A stretch of 64,000 bases of DNA from a virus (taxonomy: Duplodnaviria > Caudoviricetes): IMG/VR virus record IMGVR_UViG_3300043753_000023, positions 26,497 to 90,496 of that record, one strand, 5' to 3'. Position 1 is the first letter of the stretch. Every line of letters begins with the position of its first letter. This document shows positions 25,926 to 35,100 of the stretch, piece after piece. A program made the translations under genes and the position numbers. Below the pieces are notes generated by a model. It did no database searches, was not told the origin of the DNA, and saw nothing but the letters and a program-made list of their open reading frames with translations.

Positions 25926-27422
25926 GTGAGCAACGCGCTCGACGAAACCACCCAGGAGACGCTCGCCGCCATCGAGAAGGCGCAGACGACGGGCATCACC
26001 ACCCAGACCGGCATCACCAACTACGACCTGTCCCCGCTGGTCCAGCTCATCCCCGTAGTGACGCCGTTCCGGGACAAGGTCTCCCGGGAGAAGTCCCCGG
26101 CCGGCGCGAAGTACGCCGTGTGGCGTGCACTGATGAACGCCACCGGCTCCCAGCCGTCCCCGGCGATCCCGCTCGACTACGCGGCGAACGCCGTCGTCTT
26201 CCAGGAGCAGGACTTCCAGGCGACGTACAAGAAGACCGGCTACTTCGGGACCGTCACCCAGGACGCCTACGACCTGGCGGAAGGCTACGCCGACCCCTAC
26301 GCGGTCGCGACCTTCCAGACGCTGAACCAGGCCCTCATCGGTGACGACCGCCAGCTCCTCTGCGCGCAGTCGTTCCCGCTCGCCCGGCCCGGGGCACCGA
26401 CCCTGACTCAGGTGGCCACCGGCGGCACCATCGGCGCGGCAACCGTGTACGTCGGCGTGGCCGCCCGCACCGGCACCGGCTGGTACTACGGCAACGGCAA
26501 CTCCCAGGGCAACTCGGGGAGCACCACGTTCGCCGCCGGGTCGACGAACAGCATCACGGCCACGGTCAGTGCCGTGCGAGGCGCAGTCGCCTACGACTGG
26601 TTCCAGAGCTCGAACGGCACGACCTGGTACTACTACACGACCACCACCACCAACACCGCGTCGATGACCAAGGTCATCTCCGCGAACCAGGCACTCCCCA
26701 GCGGCCCCGGCTACCCCGACCTGGCCAGCTCCTGGCAGGGCACCGCGAACAGCGTGCCGACCTTCAACGCAGCCGCCGACAACAACTCCGGCGTCGCCGC
26801 CGAGTACGACGGCTTCATGGCCTCCCTGTCCGGCGACTACAGCCCGACCGGCCAGTGGGTCCAGGCCGGCACCGGCAATCCCAACCCGTCAGTGTGGCAC
26901 AGCCTCGACGGCGCGGGCCTCACCCTGACCGGCGGCAGCATCGCCGAGATCGAGAACTACCTGTTCCTCGCCCTGTGGCAGCAGGTCAAGTGCAGCCCGA
27001 CCGCGTTGATGATGAACGCGACCACCGCGCAGGAGATCGCCAACCTCATCCTCGGGTCCTCCTCGGCGACCACGTTCCTCAACACCGACTCCAGCGGCCG
27101 TATCAGCGTCACCGCCGGCGGCCGGGTCGGCGAGCTGATCAACGCCCCCGCCGGCGGCGTGACCGTGCCCATCGAGGTCCACGTCTCCCTGCCGCCCGGC
27201 AGCATCATCGCCCGCACCGACCGAGTGCCGTTCCCGCAGGCCAACATCTCCAGCGTGCTGGCCTACCGCAACCTGCGCGACATGAGCCAATTCGACTACG
27301 GGATCTCCCGCGTGGCCAACACTGCAGGTGGGGGCCCTCGCCGCGACTTCGAAATCGACAGCCTCGGCGCGTTCTGTAACCGGGCGCCTGTCGCGATGGG
27401 CGTCCTTTCCAACGTCGCCTGA
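25926..27422 (+). CDS. Major capsid protein with inserted Ig/FN3-like domain
   Basis: Position, size 498 aa, LIPVVTPFRDKVSR; Thr/Gly-rich beta insert ARPGAPTLTQ...AVAYDWFQS. Confidence 0.8.
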   Translation: MSNALDETTQETLAAIEKAQTTGITTQTGITNYDLSPLVQLIPVVTPFRDKVSREKSPAGAKYAVWRALMNATGSQPSPAIPLDYAANAVVFQEQDFQATYKKTGYFGTVTQDAYDLAEGYADPYAVATFQTLNQALIGDDRQLLCAQSFPLARPGAPTLTQVATGGTIGAATVYVGVAARTGTGWYYGNGNSQGNSGSTTFAAGSTNSITATVSAVRGAVAYDWFQSSNGTTWYYYTTTTTNTASMTKVISANQALPSGPGYPDLASSWQGTANSVPTFNAAADNNSGVAAEYDGFMASLSGDYSPTGQWVQAGTGNPNPSVWHSLDGAGLTLTGGSIAEIENYLFLALWQQVKCSPTALMMNATTAQEIANLILGSSSATTFLNTDSSGRISVTAGGRVGELINAPAGGVTVPIEVHVSLPPGSIIARTDRVPFPQANISSVLAYRNLRDMSQFDYGISRVANTAGGGPRRDFEIDSLGAFCNRAPVAMGVLSNVA

Positions 27423-27541
27423 GCTGCAGTTTTCGCACCACGCGGCTCGTCAACTGCGCCTTTCGAGGCGGCCCCTGGCAGGAGTCGACGCACTCGGAGC
27501 CAAGGGCCGCCGCCCACCCTTATAACCGAAGGAGAGCACGG

Positions 27542-27892
27542 ATGCTCCTCTACTCCCGTACGGGCGCAACCGCGCTCGATGACCCCGAGTACGGCCGCTT
27601 CAACCGGCAGGACGACGGCAGTTTCGACCTGCCCGACGACCTCGCCGATCGGCTGTTGCGCTTCCACCACCGCGGACGCCCACTGTGGGAGACCGAGATC
27701 GACCGCGGTCACCGCATCGCATCGGAGGACTTGGAGAAGCGCCGCGATCCGGCGAACCTCCTCGATGCGGTGCAGCAGATCCTCGCCGCTGCGCAGCTCG
27801 CCCGGCAGGCCACCGATCAGGCCGCATCTGACGTGAAGGCGGTCAAGCGCGGACCGCGGCGTTCCGCGCCTTCCGAGGGCGATTCCGAGTAG
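27542..27892 (+). CDS. Head-associated hypothetical protein
   Basis: AAGGAG RBS; follows the capsid gene. Confidence 0.75.
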   Translation: MLLYSRTGATALDDPEYGRFNRQDDGSFDLPDDLADRLLRFHHRGRPLWETEIDRGHRIASEDLEKRRDPANLLDAVQQILAAAQLARQATDQAASDVKAVKRGPRRSAPSEGDSE

Positions 27893-27916
27893 CACGCCGG
27901 CAGCAGGGGGTACACC

Positions 27917-28840
27917 GTGGCGACTCCCTACATCACTCCGGCCATGCTGGCCTCGCATCCCGCTGGCCTGGCATGGAACACGGTGCCGACACTGACGGCC
28001 AACTCGGCTGAGCAGACGGCGCAGCTTGAGCAGGTGTGCTGGCAGGTCACCAGTGAGGTGGATCGCTACTGTCGGCAGCCGCTGCGAGCCACAGTGAACA
28101 CCGATCAGCTCCAGGGCCCGGGGCTGCCGCGGGTGGCGTCCGATCGGCAGACTCGGATCGGCACGCTGATCACGAAGCGGTGGCCGGTCACCAGCGTGGT
28201 GGCGATCCAGACGTCGCCGGCGCGGTCGTTTCCGTCCTCTTGGTCAGCGGTTCCTTCGGGCTTGTGGAAGGTCCGCAATCCGGTGATCCTGTCGGCCGCG
28301 CCAACGCCGTCGACGGGCCCGCAGGGTGGAAATCGCATCGACGTCGCCCCGGGCTACGTAACGTGGGATCACGGCAAAGGCGGCTTGGATGTCATGCTGT
28401 CCTATATCCACGCGTGGCCGCATGCCGGGCTCACCGCGGTGGCAGCCGCCGGGGCGCAAACCCTGCTGGTGGACGACGTCACGGCGTGGGCTGGTGCGGT
28501 GGGGTTCGTCTATGACGGTGTCTCAACCGAGCTGGTGGAGGTCACTGCCGTGGCCGCCACAACCCCGATCCAGCTACCGGGGGTTGGCGGCCCGGTGCAG
28601 GCCGGCCCGGGAACGCTGACGCTTGCTGGGCCTCTCGGTTTCCAGCATGGCGCCGGCACCGTGGTCTCAGCTCTGCCGCCGGATGCGATCCGCGCCACCG
28701 CGCTGCACGCGGCAGTGATCGCGCTGGAGACGATCGACGCGATCGCCACCCAGTCCATGTCGGGCCAGTTCGCCGGCGGGACCGGCGTGCTGGCGGAGGA
28801 GGCCGAGTTGATCCTCGACGACTACCGCCGGATCGCCTGA
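27917..28840 (+). CDS. Head-to-tail adaptor
   Basis: MATPYIT...EVDRYCRQPL...LDDYRR; position. Confidence 0.7.
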   Translation: MATPYITPAMLASHPAGLAWNTVPTLTANSAEQTAQLEQVCWQVTSEVDRYCRQPLRATVNTDQLQGPGLPRVASDRQTRIGTLITKRWPVTSVVAIQTSPARSFPSSWSAVPSGLWKVRNPVILSAAPTPSTGPQGGNRIDVAPGYVTWDHGKGGLDVMLSYIHAWPHAGLTAVAAAGAQTLLVDDVTAWAGAVGFVYDGVSTELVEVTAVAATTPIQLPGVGGPVQAGPGTLTLAGPLGFQHGAGTVVSALPPDAIRATALHAAVIALETIDAIATQSMSGQFAGGTGVLAEEAELILDDYRRIA

Positions 28841-29250
28841 TGGCCCGCAAGCGTGTGGCGCGCGGTGGAAATGGTGGCGCGACTGGCAGTGCCGGCACTC
28901 TGAAGTTCATGAACCGCACGATCACGATCATGCGGGGCCTGCAGGTCAACCTGTACGGGGACCTGTCCGACGTCGGCATCCCACGCTACGTGGGTGTGCA
29001 GGCGGCACTTGCCGAGACCGAGCAGACCTACTTCGATGCGGCATCCCAGCGGAACCAGATCATCAGGTCGATCGAGTGCCACGTGCCGGCCTGGGTCGAC
29101 ATCCAGACCACCGACACGATCATGGATGAGGCCACCGGCCGCTACTACATGATCGAGGGGGTCCGCGAGCAGCCCGGGATCGGCTACTACCCGGCGCCGA
29201 AGATTCTCAGCCTGCGGATGCGCTCCGGCGTCAACGTCGACTCCGATTGA
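28840..29250 (+). CDS. Head-to-tail stopper-like protein
   Basis: Position; DTIMDEATGRYYMIEGV; true start may be downstream. Confidence 0.6.
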   Translation: MARKRVARGGNGGATGSAGTLKFMNRTITIMRGLQVNLYGDLSDVGIPRYVGVQAALAETEQTYFDAASQRNQIIRSIECHVPAWVDIQTTDTIMDEATGRYYMIEGVREQPGIGYYPAPKILSLRMRSGVNVDSD

Positions 29251-29260
29251 GGGGGTCCGC

Positions 29261-29641
29261 GTGGCTGATCACGTTGAGGTTGATGACTCCTGGGAGTCTC
29301 AAGTCGCGGCGGCCGTCCAGGTGTTCTTCGAGGACCGCCTCGGCCCTGACATTGCGCGGGACGCGAAGCGCTACTGCCCAGAGAAGACCGGCGCGTTGCA
29401 GGAGAGCATCGAGCACCACCTCGAAGACGGCGACCTGATCGTCTCTGCCACGGGTGGCGCCGATGGCCGTACCTACGCCGCGTACGTGGAACTCGGCACC
29501 AGGCCGCACGAAATCAGGCCGAGCAGCAAGCGGGCCTTGCACTGGCCTGGCGCCGCACACCCGGTCGCTGTAGTCCATCACCCGGGCACTCGGCCCCAAG
29601 CTTTCCTTCGGCCAGCACTGTTCACTGAGCGTAGCGAGTAG
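29261..29641 (+). CDS. HK97 gp10-like neck protein
   Basis: CPEKTGALQESI, YAAYVELGT, HHPGTRPQAFLRPA. Confidence 0.8.
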   Translation: MADHVEVDDSWESQVAAAVQVFFEDRLGPDIARDAKRYCPEKTGALQESIEHHLEDGDLIVSATGGADGRTYAAYVELGTRPHEIRPSSKRALHWPGAAHPVAVVHHPGTRPQAFLRPALFTERSE

Positions 29642-29656
29642 TTGAGGGGGTGACCA

Positions 29657-30154
29657 ATGTCCGCTCCCTTGCCGCTGCTGCCAAACGACGAACTCGTGGC
29701 CACGGCATGGATCGCGTCGATCCCGAGCTTGAGCACGGCTATGGTCGGCACCCAGCTGCCACCCGACGTCGACCCGGACGGCTCAGCCGCCCCGTGGATC
29801 GCCACCGGCTACATCACCGTCGCGGTGGTCGGCGGCAGCCCGGATCCGCTGCTTCCCATCAACAGGCCGGTGCTGCAGGTGGATTGCTGGGCCACCGTGC
29901 CCGGCTCCAACAAGCCGCCCTGGCAGAAGGCGGCGGCCCTTGCCTCCACGATCCGCTACGCGACGTGGGACCGGATCCGCATCGCGCGTCCGCTCGTCGC
30001 TGCGGTCAACGGTGTCGAGTACCCACTCGCAGTCGTCCAATCCGCTTACCTTGCAACCGCGTTCAGGCGGCTGTACGACGACGAAGGCGACTATGCCCAC
30101 TACCAGGCAGACCTGGCCCTGTCCTGGATCGCCCCGAACGACCGTCTCGACTGA
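29657..30154 (+). CDS. Tail terminator-like protein
   Basis: Position; PVLQVDCWA. Confidence 0.65.
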   Translation: MSAPLPLLPNDELVATAWIASIPSLSTAMVGTQLPPDVDPDGSAAPWIATGYITVAVVGGSPDPLLPINRPVLQVDCWATVPGSNKPPWQKAAALASTIRYATWDRIRIARPLVAAVNGVEYPLAVVQSAYLATAFRRLYDDEGDYAHYQADLALSWIAPNDRLD

Positions 30155-30165
30155 GCGAGGAAACG

Positions 30166-30345
30166 ATGCCCACCGTCCACGTGACCCTCTTCGAGGATCC
30201 GATCGACGTCCCCGAGGACGAGGTCCCGGTGCTGCGCTCCCAGGGGATCCTCGTCGAGGATGCCCCGCCCGCGCCGCCGGCTGCCGAGCCTGAGGCGCCC
30301 ACCGAACCCGCCGCCCCCGCGGCCACCCGGAAGGCATCTTCATGA
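30166..30345 (+). CDS. Small virion-associated protein
   Basis: GAGG RBS; ATGA coupling. Confidence 0.6.
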   Translation: MPTVHVTLFEDPIDVPEDEVPVLRSQGILVEDAPPAPPAAEPEAPTEPAAPAATRKASS

Positions 30346-30707
30346 GTCTGCTCACGCTCACCCCGACCCAGCTGCCGCGCACTGGCGCGACCGCCCCGCT
30401 CAACCTCACCAGCCTGATGGCGGCCGGCGTGATCGGCGCCAACACGGGCGTCACCTGGGCCAACACCGGCCGCGAGTTCCTGGTCGTCAACGTCGCGACG
30501 GGCGGCACCACCGCGGTCGTGCAGATCGGCACCACCATCGAGGGTCAGGCCGTTACCCCGATCACGCTGACGCTCACCGCGTCCGCGATCAACATGATCG
30601 GGCCGTTTCCGATGGACGAGACGCTCGCCGGCCAGATGACCGTGACCTTCGGAACCCCCGCGAACGTCTCCGGCATCGCCATGCCGCAGTACGTCGGCGT
30701 CATCTGA
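30342..30707 (+). CDS. Small structural protein
   Basis: Beta-rich, GPFP motif, structural operon position. Confidence 0.65.
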   Translation: MSLLTLTPTQLPRTGATAPLNLTSLMAAGVIGANTGVTWANTGREFLVVNVATGGTTAVVQIGTTIEGQAVTPITLTLTASAINMIGPFPMDETLAGQMTVTFGTPANVSGIAMPQYVGVI

Positions 30708-30728
30708 CGCACCACGCAACCGACTTGC

Positions 30729-30762
30729 AGGGCCCGCCACCAGCGGGCCCTTTTTCATGCCC
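30729..30762 (+). terminator. Hairpin-TTTTTCATGCCC element
   Basis: AGGGCCCGC/GCGGGCCCT stem plus T run. Confidence 0.75.
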
Positions 30763-30792
30763 GCGCCCGGCCACGGCGCCTGAATCAAGGGG

Positions 30793-31392
30793 ATGATTCC
30801 CATCGCCGTCACTCCCGCAAATCTCATACTCGGGCCGGCGCGTCTCTACGTGGCGCCGTTCGGCAGCACCGAACCCGCCGACTCGGCTGTCACCCCGAAC
30901 GGGCCGACGAACCCGCCGTCCGCTCCGTGGACTGACGTCGGCGGCACTGACGGCGGCGTGACGCTGGAGATCGACAACACGTACCAAGATCTTCAGGTCG
31001 ACCAGTTGACCATGATGGTGGGCTCGCGATTGACCGAGATGAAGATGACGGTCACTGCGAAGCTCTCCGAGATGACGTTGAGCAACCTCAACGCGGCGCT
31101 CAACAACATCGCGACGGTGTCCGCCCAGGCCGGCTACACCACGATGGACATCCCAGTCGGTTCAACGTCGACGCAGCCCAGCTACGCGGCGCTGATCATT
31201 GACGGGTGGGCGCCGACTCTGCCGACGGGCGCCCCAGCTCTGCGGCGAGTGATCGTTCGCAAGGTGCTGTCCCAGGTCAAGGCCTCGTTGACCTACGACA
31301 AGAAGACGCAGCAGGGCTTGGCCTGCACCTTCACCGCGTACTACGTCAGCGGCAGCGTCAACCCCATCCACATCGTCGACCAGACGGCCTAA
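30793..31392 (+). CDS. Major tail protein
   Basis: LILGPARLYVAPFG, WTDVGGTDGGV, LQVDQ; position. Confidence 0.85.
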   Translation: MIPIAVTPANLILGPARLYVAPFGSTEPADSAVTPNGPTNPPSAPWTDVGGTDGGVTLEIDNTYQDLQVDQLTMMVGSRLTEMKMTVTAKLSEMTLSNLNAALNNIATVSAQAGYTTMDIPVGSTSTQPSYAALIIDGWAPTLPTGAPALRRVIVRKVLSQVKASLTYDKKTQQGLACTFTAYYVSGSVNPIHIVDQTA

Positions 31393-31463
31393 CCAACTGC
31401 CAGCGCCCCCGCTCGGCGTCAGCAGCAGCCGCTCTTCAACTACCAGCCCTCAGGTGGGAAATC

Positions 31464-31865
31464 ATGGCAGCAACCATCAAGGCGTCGTCGAAGGCGACCT
31501 CCAAGCGTCCAATCAAGCCGCCGGCGCCTGTGGTCGTCGAGGAGTCGTCGACCGGCGCCGGCTTCGAGCCGCTCCGCCTGACCAGCAGCAACGAGCCCGC
31601 GCAGCGCGTCCCGCTGTTCTACATCAATGACGTCGAGTACTCGGTCAGCGCACGGCCCGGCGTCAACGTCGCCCTCAAGTACATCCACCTGTTTCGCACC
31701 GAGGGGGACACCGTGGCCACCGCCTACCTCCTCGACCGGCTACTCGGCAGCGAGGGCTACCAGGCGCTGATGAACTACGACGACCTGACCGTGGAGCAGT
31801 TCGCTCGGATCTGCGAGATCGCCACGCAGCTGACCCTAGGGGCACTCGAGGCCCCAAAAGCGTAG
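31464..31865 (+). CDS. Tail assembly chaperone (gpG-like)
   Basis: Between major tail and tape measure; ends at a slippery site. Confidence 0.8.
   Translation: MAATIKASSKATSKRPIKPPAPVVVEESSTGAGFEPLRLTSSNEPAQRVPLFYINDVEYSVSARPGVNVALKYIHLFRTEGDTVATAYLLDRLLGSEGYQALMNYDDLTVEQFARICEIATQLTLGALEAPKA
31853..31859 (+). other. -1 programmed frameshift site C CCA AAA
   Basis: X XXY YYZ heptamer two codons before the stop; the -1 frame is open into the 31904..32173 ORF (PKSVVDRVVQLAWILDHLDDIASDL...). Confidence 0.85.
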
Positions 31866-32173
31866 TTGACCGCGTCGTCCAACTCGCCTGGATTCTCGAC
31901 CACTTGGACGACATTGCCTCCGACTTGTCGGTCTTCCATCGCATCGACGACCCGTCGACGTTGGACGGGCCGCGGTTCTTCAGGCTGGCGTGGCGGCTGG
32001 CTGCCTACCAGGGCGTGATGCAGGCCCGCGTCACCGCGGAGCAGCAGGCTTCCGAGCCGCAACAGCGGCCGTTCGAGTACGGGGCCCCCGACATCAACCC
32101 GGGTACCCAGGCGACCCTTCAGGCCGACGCGGCGTTCGCGGGTGTGTTCTCCTTCGGCGGTTCGACTGCCTGA
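31853..32173 (+). CDS. Tail assembly chaperone frameshift extension (gpT-like)
   Basis: In the -1 frame of the upstream chaperone; no convincing RBS of its own. Confidence 0.75.
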   Translation, partial: PKSVVDRVVQLAWILDHLDDIASDLSVFHRIDDPSTLDGPRFFRLAWRLAAYQGVMQARVTAEQQASEPQQRPFEYGAPDINPGTQATLQADAAFAGVFSFGGSTA

Positions 32174-32197
32174 CCTTCTGACGCCAAGGGGGTCGGC

Positions 32198-35100
32198 ATG
32201 GCCGAGGGCTTCCGGATCGCTACGGCGTTTGTGCAGGTCAGTCCCGACACTGAGGGCTTCCGCGAGGAACTGCAGGCCAAGCTCGACGAGTCCGCCGCTG
32301 GCACACGGACCAGGGTGAGGGTCGGCCTCGACACGACCGACCTGGACGCTGGCGCCGACAGGGCCCGCGCCAGGGTCGACGAACTCGGCTCCCGCACCGC
32401 GCGCCCAACCGTCCGCCTTGAGGACGGGGAAGCAGCCGCGAAGATCGATGCGATCCGGGAGCGGCTGGGCACCCTGTCGGCCTCCAACCCGTCACCGCGG
32501 GTCCGGGCCGACATCTCGGACGCCGAGGCGAAGGTCCAGGCGATCGAGGCGCGGATCGGCCGCCTGAACTCGGTCGTGGCGCGGCCTGCGGTCACCCCGC
32601 AGATGATGGCGGCGCAGGCCCAGATCGACCGCCTCACAGCCCGGCTGGAGGAGTTGGGGCAGAAGAAGGCATCCCCGAGGGTCACTGCGGATACTGCGGC
32701 AGCGCAGGCCCGCATCGACGTTCTCCGGGCACGATTGAACGACCTGCAGGCCAAGGACGTCCAGATCCGGGTCAAGGCCGGCGCGGACCTTGTGCGCGCC
32801 GAAGCCGACCTGGACCGGGTGGCGGCCAAGTTGAGCGACGCCGGACGCAAGGACGCCAAGCCGAAGCTGAGCCTGAACGATTCCGACTTCCAGTCGAAGC
32901 TGAGCTCGGCCCTGTCACGGCTGCGAGAGTTCGGCGCGGAATCTGCGAAGGTCGGCGCCATCGCGGTCGGCGTCGGCAGCCTCCTGCCAGCCGTAGGTGG
33001 GGCTGCCATCGGCGGCGGCCTCCTTGCCGGCGTCGGGGCGCTGGGTCTCGGCGGGATCAGTAAGGCCGTCAGCGACGCGCACCAGGCGAGCCTGAATGTC
33101 GGGATCACGCCACAGCAGCAGGCCGCTACCGCATTCAGCAACGCGGTGGCCGTGCAGCAGGGGCAGGACCAGATCGGTCAGGCCCGTCGGCAGGCCGCGC
33201 AGGATGCCATCACGAGCGCCAACTCGATCCAGCAGGCGCAAACGAACCTGGCCTCGGTCGAGCGAAATGCCGCCCAGCAGCAGGTGCAGGCCCTGCAGTC
33301 CGTCAAGCAGGCCGAGCAGGGCGTTGAGGAGGCCAACTACAGCTTGAGTGAGGCGCAGTACAACCTCACGCAGGCATGGGAGGCAGCGCGGGAGCAAGTC
33401 CGGCAGCTGGACGACCAGCTCGCTGACTCGAAGCTCAACGTGCAGCAGGCCGAGCTGGCGATCCAACAGGCCGAATACCAGCAGCGGCTGGTCAACCAGA
33501 ACGCCTACTCCACCTCCCTGGATAGGCAGCAGGCGGCCCTCGCCGTTGCTCAGGCGCAGCAGCGACTGACCGACGCCCAGGACCAGCAGACCTCGTCTGC
33601 CTACGCGGCGAACTTGGCTCACCAGCAGGGCGTTGCCGGGTCGCAGCAGGTCGTCCAGGCCCAGCAGGCCGTTACGGCGGCCCAGTACGGGCAGGCGGAC
33701 GCGCACGCGCAGCTGTCGGATGCGCAGGCGCAGGCAACGCTCGGCCAGCTCAACAATGCGGACCAGCTGAAGGCCGCGCAGATGCAGTTGGCCGCCGCAT
33801 CGGAGCAGGCCGCCTATCAGCGGCAGCAGGATGCCCACAGCATCGCAGTTGCCGAGCGGAACCTGACAGACACGATCCGGGAACAGCAGCTGCAGCTCGC
33901 GGCGACGCAGTCCACCGAGAACCAGGCCGCGAACCAGTTCGCCCGCGACATGGGTCGGTTGACGCCGGCGGCCCAGCAGGTCGTACAACAGATCCTCGGC
34001 ATGAAGGGCTCCTTCAAGCAGTTGACGGACACCGCGCAGACGGCGATCGCCCCTGGGGTGACGGAGTTTCTGCGCGGGCTCCAGTCGATGCTGCCAAGCA
34101 TCCTGCCAGCAGTGTCCCAGGTGGGCGGCCTGCTCTCCGGCATGTTCAGCGGCCTGGGCAAAGCAATGCAGTCGAGCGGGGCGAAGGACGTCCTCCAGGG
34201 CCTGGTCGACAACGGCCTGCAGATTGCCAAGACCCTGGGGCCGGCACTGGGTGGGATCGCGGGGGCGCTGGCGAACATCGGGTCGCAGAAGGGTGCCGCC
34301 GACGGGCTGTCGTCTCTGATCGGCGGGCTTGGTGCTGGGCTAACGAACCTGGTCAATGGATTGTCGCCGTTCGTTGGCGCACTAAGCGGCCTGCTGCAGC
34401 CGCTCGGGCAGGCCCTGGCTCCGCTGGGCGGTGCGATCGGAACGCTTGTCGGGCATTTGGCGGAATCGCTCGCGCCAGTTCTAGAGAAACTAATTCCACC
34501 GGCCTCGAAATTCATCTCAGAATTGGCTCAAGGCCTGGCTCCTATTCTAGATTCGCTAGGGCCATTGCTACAGCCCGTAGTTGAAGCTTTGTCTGCGATC
34601 TTCTCGGCATTCGGCCCTTTGCTGCCCGTCATAGGTTCATTGATAGGTCAGTTGGCGAAATCTTTGGCCCCAATTCTGCAGGCTTTGGTTCCAATTATCC
34701 AGTCGGTCGCAGATATGCTGGCAAAAGAGTTGCAAAAGGGCCTGACCGAAATGCTGCAAGCCCTACTGCCACTATTCCCCCCCCTGGCTCAGTTGATCGT
34801 TTCCTTGACGCCGATCATCGATGTCGTGGTCAAGCTGGCAGGGTTCATCTTGGACTTGGCCCTCAAGATCCAGGTGCCGCTGACCCAGGCAATCGTGTGG
34901 ATCATCACGAAGTTCGCCGACCTAGCCTCCCACTGGCAAGGCGCGGTGCACGACATCGAGGCCGGTGCCGACTGGCTGTGGCACCACGTCTTCGAGCCGC
35001 TCTGGTCAGGCCTGTCGCAGGGAGCCGACCAGTTCGTCTCGGATTTCGGGAAGGCCTGGTCCGGTCTTCAGGACGTTTTCAAACTGCCCGTCAACTTCCT

